From positions 493,158 through 557,157 of the forward strand of contig NW_018407846.1 of NCBI RefSeq assembly GCF_002113885.1: a DNA stretch of 64,000 nucleotides, in the 5' to 3' direction. The stretch's first letter is position 1, and each line of letters starts with the position of its first letter. Made by a program: the position numbers and the translations under genes. Shown here in pieces: positions 1 to 12,555 of the stretch. The notes below the pieces were generated by a model. That model was not told where the DNA came from. It ran no database searches and worked only from the letters and a program-made list of their open reading frames with translations. Source of the DNA: Mizuhopecten yessoensis (Eukaryota).

Positions 1-1935
1 GTATACACATAACTCTGAACCACTTATATACAAGTAACTTTGAACCACTGGTATAAACCTAACTCTGAACCATCGGTATACACATAATTATGAACCACTG
101 ATATAAATATTACTCTGAACCACTGGTATACACATAACTCTGAACCACTGATATACAAGTAACTCTGAACCACTGGTATACACATAACTCTGAACCACTG
201 GTATAAACGTAACTCTGAACCATCGGTATACACATAACTCTGAACCACTGATATACACATAACTCTGAACCACTGATATTTACATAACTCTGAACCACTG
301 ATATACACATAACTCTGAACCACTGGAATAAACGTAACTCTGCACCATCGGTATACACATACCTCTGAACCACTGATATTTACATAACTCTGAACCATAG
401 GTAAACACATAACTCTGGACCATCGGTAAACACATAACTCTGAAACACTGGTATAAACGTAACTCTGAACAATCGGTATACACATACCTCTGAACCACTG
501 ATATATACATAACTCTGAACACTGATATACACATAACTCTGAACCACTGGTATACACATAACTCTGAACCACTGGTACATGTATACACATAACTCTGAAC
601 CATCGGTAAACACATAACTCTGAACCACTGGTATACACATAACTCTGAACCACTGATATACACATAACTCTGAGCCACAGATATACACATAACTCTGAAC
701 CCACTGGTATACACATAACTCTGAACCACTGATATACACATAACTCTGAACCACTGGTATACACATAACTCTGAACCATCGGTATACACATAACTCTGAA
801 CCATCGGTATACACATAACTCTGAACCACTGGTATGCACATACCATTGGATTTTGATATATATATATTTAACTGTAAACCTGTAATGTAAATGAACATAT
901 TACTCGAAACCACTGATAGACAAACAAAATTCTGAACCTCTGATATCCAAACATAACTCTTAGCCTCTGATAGACAAACATAACTGTAAACCACTGATAG
1001 ACAAACATAACTCTAAACCTCTGGGAGACATTAATTACTCTGAACCTCTGGTAGACATACATAAATCTGAGCCTCTAATAGACAAGCATAACTCTGAACA
1101 TCTGATAGACATCCATAACTCTGCACATCTGATGAACAAACAAAACTCTGAACCTCTGGTATACATATATAGCTCTGAACCTCTGATAGACATACACAAT
1201 GTACTTACCTCTGAACTGCTGATAGACATACTTATCTATGAACCTCTTATATACACGAAACTCGGAACCTCTTATATACACGAAACTTTGAACCTTTTAT
1301 ATTCCCGAAACTCTGAATCTCTAACATACACGAAACTCTGACCCTCTTATATACACGAAACCCTGAACCTGTTACAAATGTATAAAAACGAAACTCTGAA
1401 TCTCTTATTTACACGAAACTCTGAACCTTTTATATACACGAAACTCTGAAGCTCTTACATGTATATACACGAAACTCTGAACCTCTTATATACACGAAAC
1501 TCTGAACCTCTAGCATACACGAAACTCTGAACCTGTTATATAAACGAAACTCTGACCCTCTTATATACACGAAACCCTGAACCTGTTATATAAACGAAAC
1601 TCTGAATATCTTATTTACGCGAAACTCTGAACCTTTTATATGCACGATACTCTGAACCCCTTACATGTATATACACGAAACTCTGAACATCTTATATACA
1701 CGAAACTCTAAACCTCTTATATACACGAAACTCTGAACCTCTTACATACACGAAACTCTGAACCTCTTACATACACGAAACTCTGAACATCTTATATACA
1801 CGAAACTCTGAACCTCTTATATACACGAAACCCTGAAGCTCTTACATACTCGAAACTCTGAACCTCTTATATATACAAGACTCCGAACCTGTTATCTAAA
1901 CGAAACTCTGAACCTCTAATTTACACGAAACTCTT
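1..1935. repeat. 25-bp tandem satellite; variant A (GTATACACATAACTCTGAACCACTG) at 1-845, degenerate 900-1240, variant B (ATACACGAAACTCTGAACCTCTTAT) at 1240-1935
   Basis: 25-bp period read directly (units at 121/146/171 and 1741/1766/1791). It explains the repetitive minus-strand ORFs. Confidence 0.95.
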
Positions 1936-4544
1936 GAGTAGGTTGTACGGGGCATGACTAGTCAGCTTACCGTACTGTCTAAATAATATTACAACTGTTA
2001 AACAAGGGACTGTTAATCACAGAAAACAATAAAGTGCATTTATACAAAAAAATACTTTTTTCTTTATATTACATTTTAAAGATTTTTTGATTTTTTTTGA
2101 CTTATGAGAACGTAACGTAAATTAAGCACATGTCTCTTCGTAACTAAAGAAGACGACTGGATTCTGTTTTCCGTTTAAATACCGGTAACACAATAATCAC
2201 CCATAATTATATTGCTAATAACAACCTTCTACCCAACGAGGTGTAAAGAGTCTTAAAAACCCATTTGTCAACGGTGCAAAGCAACTTTGATGTGTTCTTT
2301 TTGACAGTAGAAACCCGATTCGGGTTTTACTTTCATAGGCCAATTTTCCTTTCTCATATAATTTGCAAATAAGTATTCATTCTGAAAATAATTATACAAA
2401 AACCCCGAACCATGGCAGTTCATTTTCATACCATTGCGTGTGTGTAACAGCATGAACATAAAGTAAGTTAACAAACACCATTGAATTCCAAAGAGTAGTC
2501 CAGAGTTCTGTATCATGTCTGTGCTATTTCAATATGCATTCTTAAATAAAAATCTCGCTATATATCCTTCATGTACATAAGAACGTGGATTACTGTTTCG
2601 GATTTACAATATGTGAGGAACATTAAAGGCGAGTTCGTAACGGACACAAGTTGGTGTGTGTTATAAGCCAAGTAATGTTTACATTTCTCCCTGTGAACGT
2701 TGCATTCAATTGTCTCGTCGTTTTATGTGTTGGAGTAATGATGTGTTATCGTGATGTATTATCTCTGATCAAAAACGGCTCTCCACTGACAGTGTACGTA
2801 CTAGTATAGCCGATCTTTGACGTGTATAATGACTGGTTCTTTGTTGACTCGCATTAATGCAGATATACGAAAAAGATTGAGCAAGTACAAATTGTGAAAA
2901 CGGATTTATTTTACACGTTGGTTCTGACTTGAGAATACTTCTTTAGGAACTTTGCAAAGCCTTGTGGATATGTATAGTGTATAATGGCTCTCACATTCAT
3001 TCTTGACCACAAAACATCAATCTTAGACTGAATATCCCTCGTCTGGCTGCATTGTTTATCAACAAAACCCGATTTTATGTAAGGTAAGCCATATCTATGT
3101 ATTTACCTACTGTAGTGGCCTTCAGTTCTATGTCGAATTTATTATTTTGCATATCATATTTATGTTATAGATAGGTTTGTAGCTCTATGTTTTGTGTAGT
3201 CACTTAATGCTTTGATGTGTTCAGATGTTATCACTTTCTTTGACTATACAGTGAAGTGTAAACATGGAAGCACCAGGGCGAATGTTTAAGTATGTAGTTT
3301 ATATTTAAACGTTCTGATACTTTTGATAAGTTCAGGCACAATTGTATAGAACATTACATTTTGACATCACTACGCAAATTAAGAGTATTAGTTTTATTTC
3401 GGGCTGTTTTATTGATGAGTCAAATGTATATAATACTATAGACAGATTACTACAACTCTTGTCGGCAAATATTTGTCGTCCTTGTACAAAAATGTATGAA
3501 TATTTAACGGCTTTAGATGTACGTTATAGGAACAATACGATCAGTTGTATCCTAATTATTTTGTTTGTGACCTTACGTTTAAAAGCCCACCATTTTCCTT
3601 TTTGGTATATTAATTTGACCGAGAGGACAATGGGACCTACACAAATGTACAATTTCATAAAATGTTGTCCAAAACTCAAGCTGTGCATAGTTAAATAATA
3701 TAATTATAAAGATAGAAATGTGTGAAAGCGACAATGACTGGGTCCTTTTCATTTAAAAAATGTTAATAAACTGTTCTGATGTCAATAGTTTCTCTGATAC
3801 GATGATGTTCGTCAAAGGAAACTCGCTGGTCTAAATGTCCAATAACTACACGAACCATCATCTTTATGTTTATTATTGTAAAGTTTGAAAATAATTCTCA
3901 CAAACCTCTTTCATACGCGTGAAGATATCCTTTCATTTACAGTTTTTAATGACATTATTTTGTAAATGTACGTATTACTGCTGTATTAGAATGAAGCTTA
4001 CATACAGTTAATGGATTCAGTATAGGACTTATACTGCCGACACGTGGTTTAGGTGATATTAGGTCTATGCCATAGCGAGTGCTATTCGCGACGTCAAATT
4101 AACGTGTGTAGCATTCTGACATACCTTCAGGTATTATTATTATGTGTTTAATGTCCGTAAAATGTGCAAGATTCTCTCAAAATTAAAATTGGTTGGAGGA
4201 CAACCCGATATCGTGCATAAATTTATGACGTCACGTCAACATAGCATCGGATGTCAAAATATTTAGAAATCGTTCTTATTTCAATTCATTGATTTGATTC
4301 AGATAAAAAATACTAGTTTAATCCAAAACGAGATGCGGTCGATCTATGTATAACACTTTACAATGTTCAGCATAATATTGGCTAAAATGAATGCATTGTA
4401 TGTAATAAATACAAATATATAAGAGAGTGTATTTGAGCGGCATTTGGAGATATAACACTAAAAAGTAAAAGCTTATAGCGACAGAAAATAAACATGTCCT
4501 GAATTATATTTTGTTTTAGCGGTGTGACGTCATAAAAAATCGCC

Positions 4545-6220
4545 ATGACCCAACGTCATTCGTGTTGCGCAAGAGTCGCCCTTGGTTTCGTGGTGGTCGT
4601 TGTTCTACTCCAGTGCATCGCTGTTGTCACGCCGTTCTGGGTTTATGTGTTTGAAGGGTCCTATCAGGGCTACTTTGGACTGTGGCAGACATGTTATGAG
4701 GGTTCAACAGATGATCAATATATCTGCATGGATGTCTTCAAGGACAGCCGATATAACGCTAGTAAGTTGAGGGACGATCTAAAGAAATATATGCTAATAC
4801 AAAAAATAAACGCGTATTACTATTTACGGAATTTAATATAAGAAAGAAACACTTGCATTTTTTCATGATGTAACAGGTGAAAATATGGAAGTATGTTTAT
4901 AATTGGTAGAATACAGATCTTCTTCACGAGTACAACATATCAGTATACAATACCATGCCAGTGAAATGTTTATGGTATTCAACAGGAACGCATTACCACA
5001 TTTCTCTACAACGATGAAAATGTTACTGTATCAAACTAATGGGGAATATGATAGCGGAAAGGTTGGCGCAATGTTTAACTGACGTCACGCTTGAAAACAT
5101 TTTGGCTGCGGAACAAAATTCTACTTTTTTCATTTTAATTGGTAAGATTTGCTTTCATACATGTAGATTGTAGCAGCTGTTTTTGAAAGATTTGGTGCCT
5201 TAGTCTGTGTAGCCTAGATGTTTGAATGGGATGACTAATAAGTGTCCTTCTGATTGGTAAATTCCAAATGTCCTATTATCTTGTAAAAATTCGATGTCTC
5301 ACCAAATTAAATTTCAATAAAATGAATAACATATGCGATGAATTGCACTGTAATAGTTCCAATTTATTCATTAACAGTGTGGTTCTACCTGGTACAGGCT
5401 TTTACCTCTTCTGGTTTAGTTGCGGCACTAGTAACAATGGCGGTAACTATTAACCAACACTGTGGCAATCGGATCGACGCATGCGTGACTGGCCTTCTCT
5501 CAGTAATGAGTTACATCACATGTAAGTGATATATTAAAGTCATTATCGACCACATTTTCAGCATGAACTGATAATACTTAATTTGAAAGCAATCAATTTA
5601 ACTATGTGATATAATGCATCGTGTTCCCACATTCTTCATTTTCTAAATTGTGTGATAGGTAACGTCGGGTGGTCAGGTGGCGCAGTGGATAGTGCACTTG
5701 CATTTCACACAGGCCCGGCCACGTGGGGTTTATCAGCCATTAAGACCCCTCCCGCGCAAACACCCGGTCAAACAAGCGTGATTAACGTGATTAATATAAG
5801 TTGAAATAGCTTGTTTCATTATTGTTTTAAAATAAGTAAAGTTTATATATACCGTCAAATGAACAAATGGATTATAGTTGTTCATTCAGACTACGGTCTG
5901 CATGGCTTTTAAGACTTAAGTTGCAAATTGTAGAGGTTCGATAAATCGTTGATAAAATATATTTTCCAGGCGCCATTGTGATAACAAGTCTCGTCTTCTT
6001 CATCCGAAACGTGAATGGAATCGGTACGATTTCCGGTCTGACAATGAACTACGTGCCGTACATGTCCGCTTCCGTGTATGCTTCAGGTGGAGCCGTGATA
6101 TTTAGCATGCTAGCAGGGTCCGTATTCGTCATTGTCGCCTACAGTGCCAACAAAGGCACGGAATTCGAAGAACCGGAGGACGGGATAAGTACAAGAGAAG
6201 GACGGGCGGATGTCAAATAG
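4545..6220 (+). CDS. Claudin/PMP22/EMP-family four-TM protein, copy 1 (exons 4545-4761, 5378-5521, 5970-6220; 203 aa)
   Basis: GT-AG introns in compatible phase 1. TM1 is followed by the W...GLW-x2-C-x10-C signature (PFW...YFGLWQTCYEGSTDDQYIC) and three further hydrophobic segments. Probable non-coding upstream exon (donor 3084, acceptor 4519). Confidence 0.88.
5668..5846 (+). mobile_element. tRNA-derived SINE, internally deleted, in claudin intron 2 (copy 2 counterpart ~42850-43022)
   Basis: A-box-like head GGTGGCGCAGTGG. Shares head and 3' body with the reverse-strand copy at 10700-10909. Confidence 0.65.
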
Positions 6221-6539
6221 GCGGTTCAGGTCTAATAAAATAATTGACAACAAATACTATTTTTAAGATGTGAAAAAAAACCTACAAGAAGTTAGTCAAA
6301 GACAATTGGGTTATATTTGCACAGAAATATGTACAGGCGAGTGTGTTATGGAGATGTCATGTCACATATAGGATACATACCTGTACTTCAGAACAACGAA
6401 GATAAGGGAGGTGTCTTTCGCAGAATTAATGTAACCAGAGATGGTGATTTCTTTATTTCTCTGACAGAAAATAAATATATTGAATTGGAGTTATATTACC
6501 GAACAGCACAGCTATCTATCAGCATGTGTTTCTAGTAAA

Positions 6540-7265
6540 AAATACATTGAACTGTGTAGATGGTTATATGTCTTGTGATAAATTACATTGAACTGTGTAT
6601 ATTGTCATATGTCTTGTGATAATTTACATTGAACTGTGTAGATTGTTTTATGTCTTGTGATAATTTACATTGAACTGTGTATATTGTAATATGTCTTGTG
6701 ACAATTTACATTGAACTGTGTAAACGGTGATATGTCTTGTGACAATTTATATTGAACTATGTAAACGGTGATTTGTCTTGTGACAATTTATATTGAACTA
6801 TGTAGACGGTTATATGTCTTGTGACAATTTATATTGATCTATGTAGACGGTTATATGTCTTGTGACAATTTACATTGAACTATGTAGACGGTGATATGTC
6901 TTGTGACAATTTATATTGAACTATGTAGACGGTTATATGTCTTGTGACTATTTACATTGAACTATGTAGACGGTTATATGTCTTGTGACCATTTATATTG
7001 AACTATGTAGACGGTTATATGTCTTGTGACAATTTATATTGAACTATGTAGACGGTTATATGTCTTGTGACAATTCATATTGAACTATGTAGACGGTTAT
7101 ATGTCTTGTGAGAAACAATTTATATTGAACTATGTAGACGGTTATATGTCTTTTGACAATTTACATTGAACTATGTAGACGGTTATATGTCTTGTGACAA
7201 TTTACATTGAACTGTATAGATTGTTTTGTGTCTTGCGATAATCTACATTGAACTGTGTAGATGCC
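6540..7265. repeat. 41-bp minisatellite (TTTACATTGAACTGTGTAGATGGTTATATGTCTTGTGACAA), ~18 units
   Basis: 41-bp period (6841/6882). Confidence 0.95.
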
Positions 7266-7569
7266 TGATATGACCAGAAAGAGTTTACTGTAAACAGTAC
7301 GGATTGCTATTTCAATGAGAGACCAGGAAGAATTTACACAAAATAAATTTCAAGGAAAGAAAATAAATTTGAAAAGTAAAAGCTTTATATAGACCATTTC
7401 GAAAGGCTTTACAGTGATAAGTGTCGACTCCCCTTTCTCAATTAGAGTCTGCTAAAGTAAGAATTCATATTGAACAATATATTGATATGTTTTCAAGATG
7501 AACGTCCAGGGTTAAGAATTAACATGTGTATTAATAAATCATTCCGTTATCAGCTTCATTTACACATTT

Positions 7570-7785
7570 CACGGCGTGGAAACTACGTCACACACGTAAC
7601 TAAGATGGCACAAACATGGCGGCTGCGCATGCTGCAGCAAGCGCTTCGAGGTAAATTTTTCACGTTTTATAAATGATTGGTCGGATATACCAAACATTCC
7701 GCAACTGAAAACATATGATAACGGCAGTTTATTAGGCATGTTTGTGTCATCTTAGTTACGTTAGTAACGTAGTTTCCCCGCCGTG
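7570..7785. mobile_element. MITE with ~49-bp TIRs, CAC...GTG ends, TT flanks (EnSpm/CACTA-like)
   Basis: 7570-7618 is the reverse complement of 7737-7785 with ~5 mismatches. Superfamily assignment is inferred from the termini only. Confidence 0.7.
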
Positions 7786-8858
7786 TTAAATACTTTTTTA
7801 AACTAAATTATCACCAATATCGAAAAGTTGAAAATCAGTCCAAACTTCATGAAATATCATGCTTGATATGGTACTAACGATAACATTGCAGTAGGTATTG
7901 ACTGAGTGTGTGGTACTGGTATAACGAAAAGTAGGCTTACAATCAAATGTTCGCCTCTTGATATGTTAGACTAATTACCTTGTTGTTTTCCACCGTTAAT
8001 TGTTTACACACCTTTGTAAAGCTGTCAATCAGTACTGTAATAGGTACTGTACTAGTAAATGTGCTTTTAAAAATATGAACATATAAGATGTAGTTCAACA
8101 ATAGAATTCCTTTGTAAATTGTCACAATACGGCATCAAATAAATTAGATTCAGCTCATTCGTTACATGTTTCTAAGTGATATATTGGATTTATCAACTTT
8201 ATAAAACTGATATATTTAATACTGTGATACATAAAATGTGACATTTAGTCACAGTGTCAAGATTGAACTTTTGACGTTAATCGATTCAAACAGTTCTATT
8301 TATCCAATGTAAGTTGATACATTTTCGACCAACTAAAAAACCTAATAACACCAGGGAAAATTCGAAATTTAATTCAGTCATCCAAATTGGACTCGTTAAG
8401 AAGGCCGATTGATACATATCTATTGTACTATCTCAAAATATTGTCTTATTTCTCATTTTCCCGGTTGTAGTAATTTACATGGAACTATATGATACACTTG
8501 TATACTTGCTATATGTATCACAGATTTTGCTGTCACGATTGTAGAATCAATGATCATAGAAATACAATGTACATTGTAGTACGATTTGCAGAGTTGTCTC
8601 CCTTTAAACATGTACCTATCAATCGCGTTTCAGATTTGGCCACGATGTTTTTTTAAAGGAAAATGCTATCTGTTAAGGGAGAGAGATATATAACTTTATA
8701 AGTTTAACTTAATCACGAATTGATAGCACTGGTTAAAGACAACGGGCTCGTACACCACTATACGTGTATAGCATGGATTTTCCCGTGGTACAGTTGATAC
8801 CTGGGTATACATTGCGCACTGGAACTTTTTATCGCACACATAACGCCGCGAAACAAAG

Positions 8859-9246
8859 TACGTGTATTAATACTTTTTTTTTTTTTTTTTTTTTNNNNNN
8901 NNNNNNNNNNNNNNNNNNNNNNNNNNNNNNNNNNNNNNNNNNNNNNNNNNNNNNNNNNNNNNNNNNNNNNNNNNNNNNNNNNNNNNNNNNNNNNNTCATC
9001 ATCATCATCATCATCATCATCATCACATCATTACATCATCATCAGCATCATCATCATCATCATATCAGCAACAGCAGCAGCAGCAATCATTCGTCATTCA
9101 TCATACTCACATTCATACACACGCAAGAACATTTTTCACCCTCATTCACCCAGACAAGACTTATCAATATAATGGTATATTACATAATTTGTATTCAATA
9201 AACTGATATACAACATGTATCTGAAAAGATACGAGTATTAATACTT
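8859..9246 (-). mobile_element. Short retro-insertion with poly(A) tail and 17-bp TSD, copy 1 only (spans a gap)
   Basis: TACG(T/A)GTATTAATACTT at 8859-8875 and 9230-9246, poly-T on the + strand, (CAT)n inside. Empty site at ~47096-47112 in copy 2. Confidence 0.75.
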
Positions 9247-10699
9247 ATTACACAATAATAGGAGGAAATTCAGAGAGAAAGTTCATGATTTGTTTTATTG
9301 ATTCTTATTATCGATAAAAAAAAATGATTGTTTGAGGATGATATTCGTGTGGGTATCAAATACATTTTGAATAACAATAAGTGTTTTTTGGTGTACATAA
9401 TTTACTAGCTCATTATGAATTGTTTTCACTCACTTAGTCATGTAGCCTCATGAAAACACCAGACAGTCTAGATCTTGGTTACCACAAACACACTTTGACG
9501 GCTTATCTTGGAGCTCCACGTGGACAACCACAAGTGGCCATACACAAGAGGCCAACATGGTATTACGTACATTATCCCTGCCTGTGTTAACGCGTGCATG
9601 TAAGTCTTGGCTGATCATTGGCTCTTGAGTCTGTCTGTTACAGCAGCCACGGGAAAACGAAACTTTTCCTTAGTTATACAATGTACCTATTCATTGTAAT
9701 GTGGTAACTGGTTTTGTTAAGTGTGAGAGAAAACAACATCGCTAAACTTATAGAGACCTGAGAATATCTTACAAGTATAGTTGGACCTAAATGTCGAAAA
9801 CTCGACCCCATCTAACTATCTTGCACCACATTTGTATACGTAATTGATGCACAAAAACATGCTTAGTATCGTTGGAAAGATGGACACTTGTTCTTTTAAA
9901 AACATCCTATATGCACGTAGAATGTAATCTCCTTCCGCAGACATGATCTCTGGTTTCTCCAAAAACACACTCCATCTCTTAGTTTCAAAGCTTTTCGCAG
10001 TTAAATTACATCATTGGGGATGGCATTTTTACCGAAAGTTGAATACCTTAGTTAAGGTCCAAATAGATACGAAATGTAGCTGTAACAAATGTTCAGGTCC
10101 CTGTGGCTAAACTATTTGCACAAATAACAAAACAAAACTATACCTACTTCAAAGGTATTGTTAATCACACCATTGGATTAATAAACTGAATTTTATGTTA
10201 ATTATCATAGTTTTGTTTAATATTACATTACAATTCTATTTTTTTGTCATTTTAAAAACAATGTTTGGCATCCGTCTCCAGAAAACAATCAAATTTTGAA
10301 AATGCAATTTGTTTGCTCCGTACTGTTCTTCTCTGGTATAGTTAAGGTCTGTTGAATATTATATTTTTTGATAAGAGGTGCTGGTGATAATGTGTTGCAA
10401 AATGTAATTAACTTCAGACCATATTACTTACTGCAAATGGTGCGGAAGGATGTGGTGTTTGTAATACTCGGCCACCACTTACATGGGGTCCGTATGGGAA
10501 ATTCTGACAACAATTCAAAATCACTCTTTTTTATAAATCGATCTTAGGATTGATAAAGAAAAAAAAAGATAAAATATCTTAAATAGTAATAGGTTAAAAG
10601 GTCAGGGAAACTTTTGTTTTAAAATTAAGAGTGCAAGTGTAACGTAGAGCTAATATATATATTACGAAATGTGCGAGTCGATATAAATATTGAGCGAAT

Positions 10700-10909
10700 G
10701 TAAAATTTATTCATTTTACAAAAATCATGAAATAAGTATTTGCAATTCATATTAATCGCACTTGTTGGCCCGGATAAATGCGCGGATGGGGTCTTCATGT
10801 GGGAGGAAAGAGCAGTACCCGGAGAAAACCCACGTGGACCCAATACCTTTTATTCTTCGACCGTTTTGGTGAGAGGTAGGTGCACTATACCTTGCGCCAC
10901 CCGACCACC
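10700..10909 (-). mobile_element. tRNA-derived V-SINE-like element (copy 2 counterpart ~52210-52420)
   Basis: Minus strand has A-box-like GGTGGCGCAAGG and GTGGGTTTTCTCCGGGTACTGCTCTTTCCTCCCAC, resembling the V-domain core of V-SINEs, followed by an AT-rich tail. Confidence 0.7.
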
Positions 10910-11469
10910 GAATTTAGGAATAATAAAAGACGTGTGCAAGTCTTGACGTGTACGCTTGAGAATGTTTGAATTAGGGACATATGCAAGTCTAGATACATAG
11001 CAATTCGACAAGTGTTAAATTGAGGTCATGTGGAAATCTAGATATTTAGGGACGCAGTTAGTATTGGGCAAGTGTTCTAGTTCAGGGCATGTGCATGTCT
11101 AGAAATGCGAAGCAAAACACAGACATCTGCACTTCTAGAGATAGTTAGATCACTTCGTTGGTAAATTAGATTTAGGTTTTGAATGATAGTGACGGAAAGT
11201 TAGAACATTGCTGGATAAGTTCCATTAATTAATTGTACTTAAAATTTGTCCTGACCCACACGAGTTACATGCATCCTAGCTACTTGCTGTTTAAATTAGA
11301 ACGATCACAGATGAGTTATTTGGGAGCGCGACCGTATGATTGTCCCCTTGCCAGAAATTATGGTTTTTGCTCCCATACGGTGATCATTTCGATAATAACA
11401 CAATTCATTTTGTTTACTTTCTCTTGTAATCTCGATTTCTCGATTCCAAAACTATACCCTACCTTTGCA

Positions 11470-12195
11470 CTCCCTCCAAATCCATCCCCCCTCCCCCTCC
11501 CCCGGTCTGCCCTTGCTATAACGACTCCTCCGACATACCACTCTTCCAACCACTACCCCTGTGTGATAAAAGAATCCCTCATTTGCCCAAACGACCCACT
11601 CCCTAGCCCTCCCGAATGAAACCATCGTATGATGAATTACCGCCTCCCTGATCCTCCAAATACCATTCGCCTGACGATAACTACCCCCTCTTTTGCCCCT
11701 CCCATATGAAACCCTAGTGTGATAAACTACCTCCTCATTGGTTTTTCCCAATATCATTCCCCGCGTGATATCTACCTCTTCCCTGACACTATCCCCCATC
11801 ACGAACCCTGCGTGGNCATCAGAATAAACTTATCCCTCCCAGGTCCTTTCCATCACAATCTCAGCGCAGTAAACGACACCCTCCATATACACTCTCTCCC
11901 TCATAATAATAGACCCTTTTGATTAAATACCCTTCTCTCCATAACAACCCCATATGTAAATCGTCTTTATTCCTCGTTCTCTCCGTCACAATTCGAACGT
12001 AATGGACGATCCCATCCCTGGTCCTCCCATCATCTTGCCCGCGTGATAATTTACCTCCTCCATGGCCCCTCTCCATTTCGACCCCTGCGTTATAAATTAC
12101 CCCCTTCCAGATATCCCCCCAATCAAAAAACCCGCGCGGTAAACTACCCCCTCCCTAGCAATCCCTCCCCAATCACAATCCTCGCGTGATAAAAA
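11470..12195. repeat. Degenerate C-rich ~46-bp repeat (CGCGTGATAAAYTACCCCCTCCC motif)
   Basis: Motif recurs at ~11718, 11763, 12041, 12088, 12133 and 12184. Confidence 0.55.
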
Positions 12196-12503
12196 CTATC
12201 CAGCAGAGGTGTGTGTTATATATCACTTCCGGTTTCCCTTCCATGGAAGCCAAGTTTGTAAATAAAGTAAAACTGATGAAATATTTTCTAAACTGTGATT
12301 TTTTACATCTGTTATCTGGAACACATGGGAGCTGTTCTGTGTTATTCCCCAGTGCTATGTTAGACCACTTGTTCTGTATGTAAGTTCCCCCCGGGCCCAT
12401 TCAGAGGAGGATACGTACAGCCTACACACGGATACCACAGATTTACACATAGTGTGTTTTACGTACTAACAGCGGTTACACACTCACGGAATTTTAAATA
12501 AGC

Positions 12504-12555
12504 ATGGACAAAGTAATTGGAATGGTGTCCATAGTTCTCCAAGTTTTCATGATTG
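12504..12555 (+). CDS. CTLD/WSC secreted protein copy 1, exon 1 (signal peptide MDKVIGMVSIVLQVFMIG)
   Basis: ATG, hydrophobic stretch, GTAAGT donor in phase 1 matching the next exon; conserved in copy 2. Confidence 0.7.

Noticed and set aside
24-1341. Repetitive ORFs up to 271 aa
   Set aside because: Translations of the 25-bp satellite, open in several frames.
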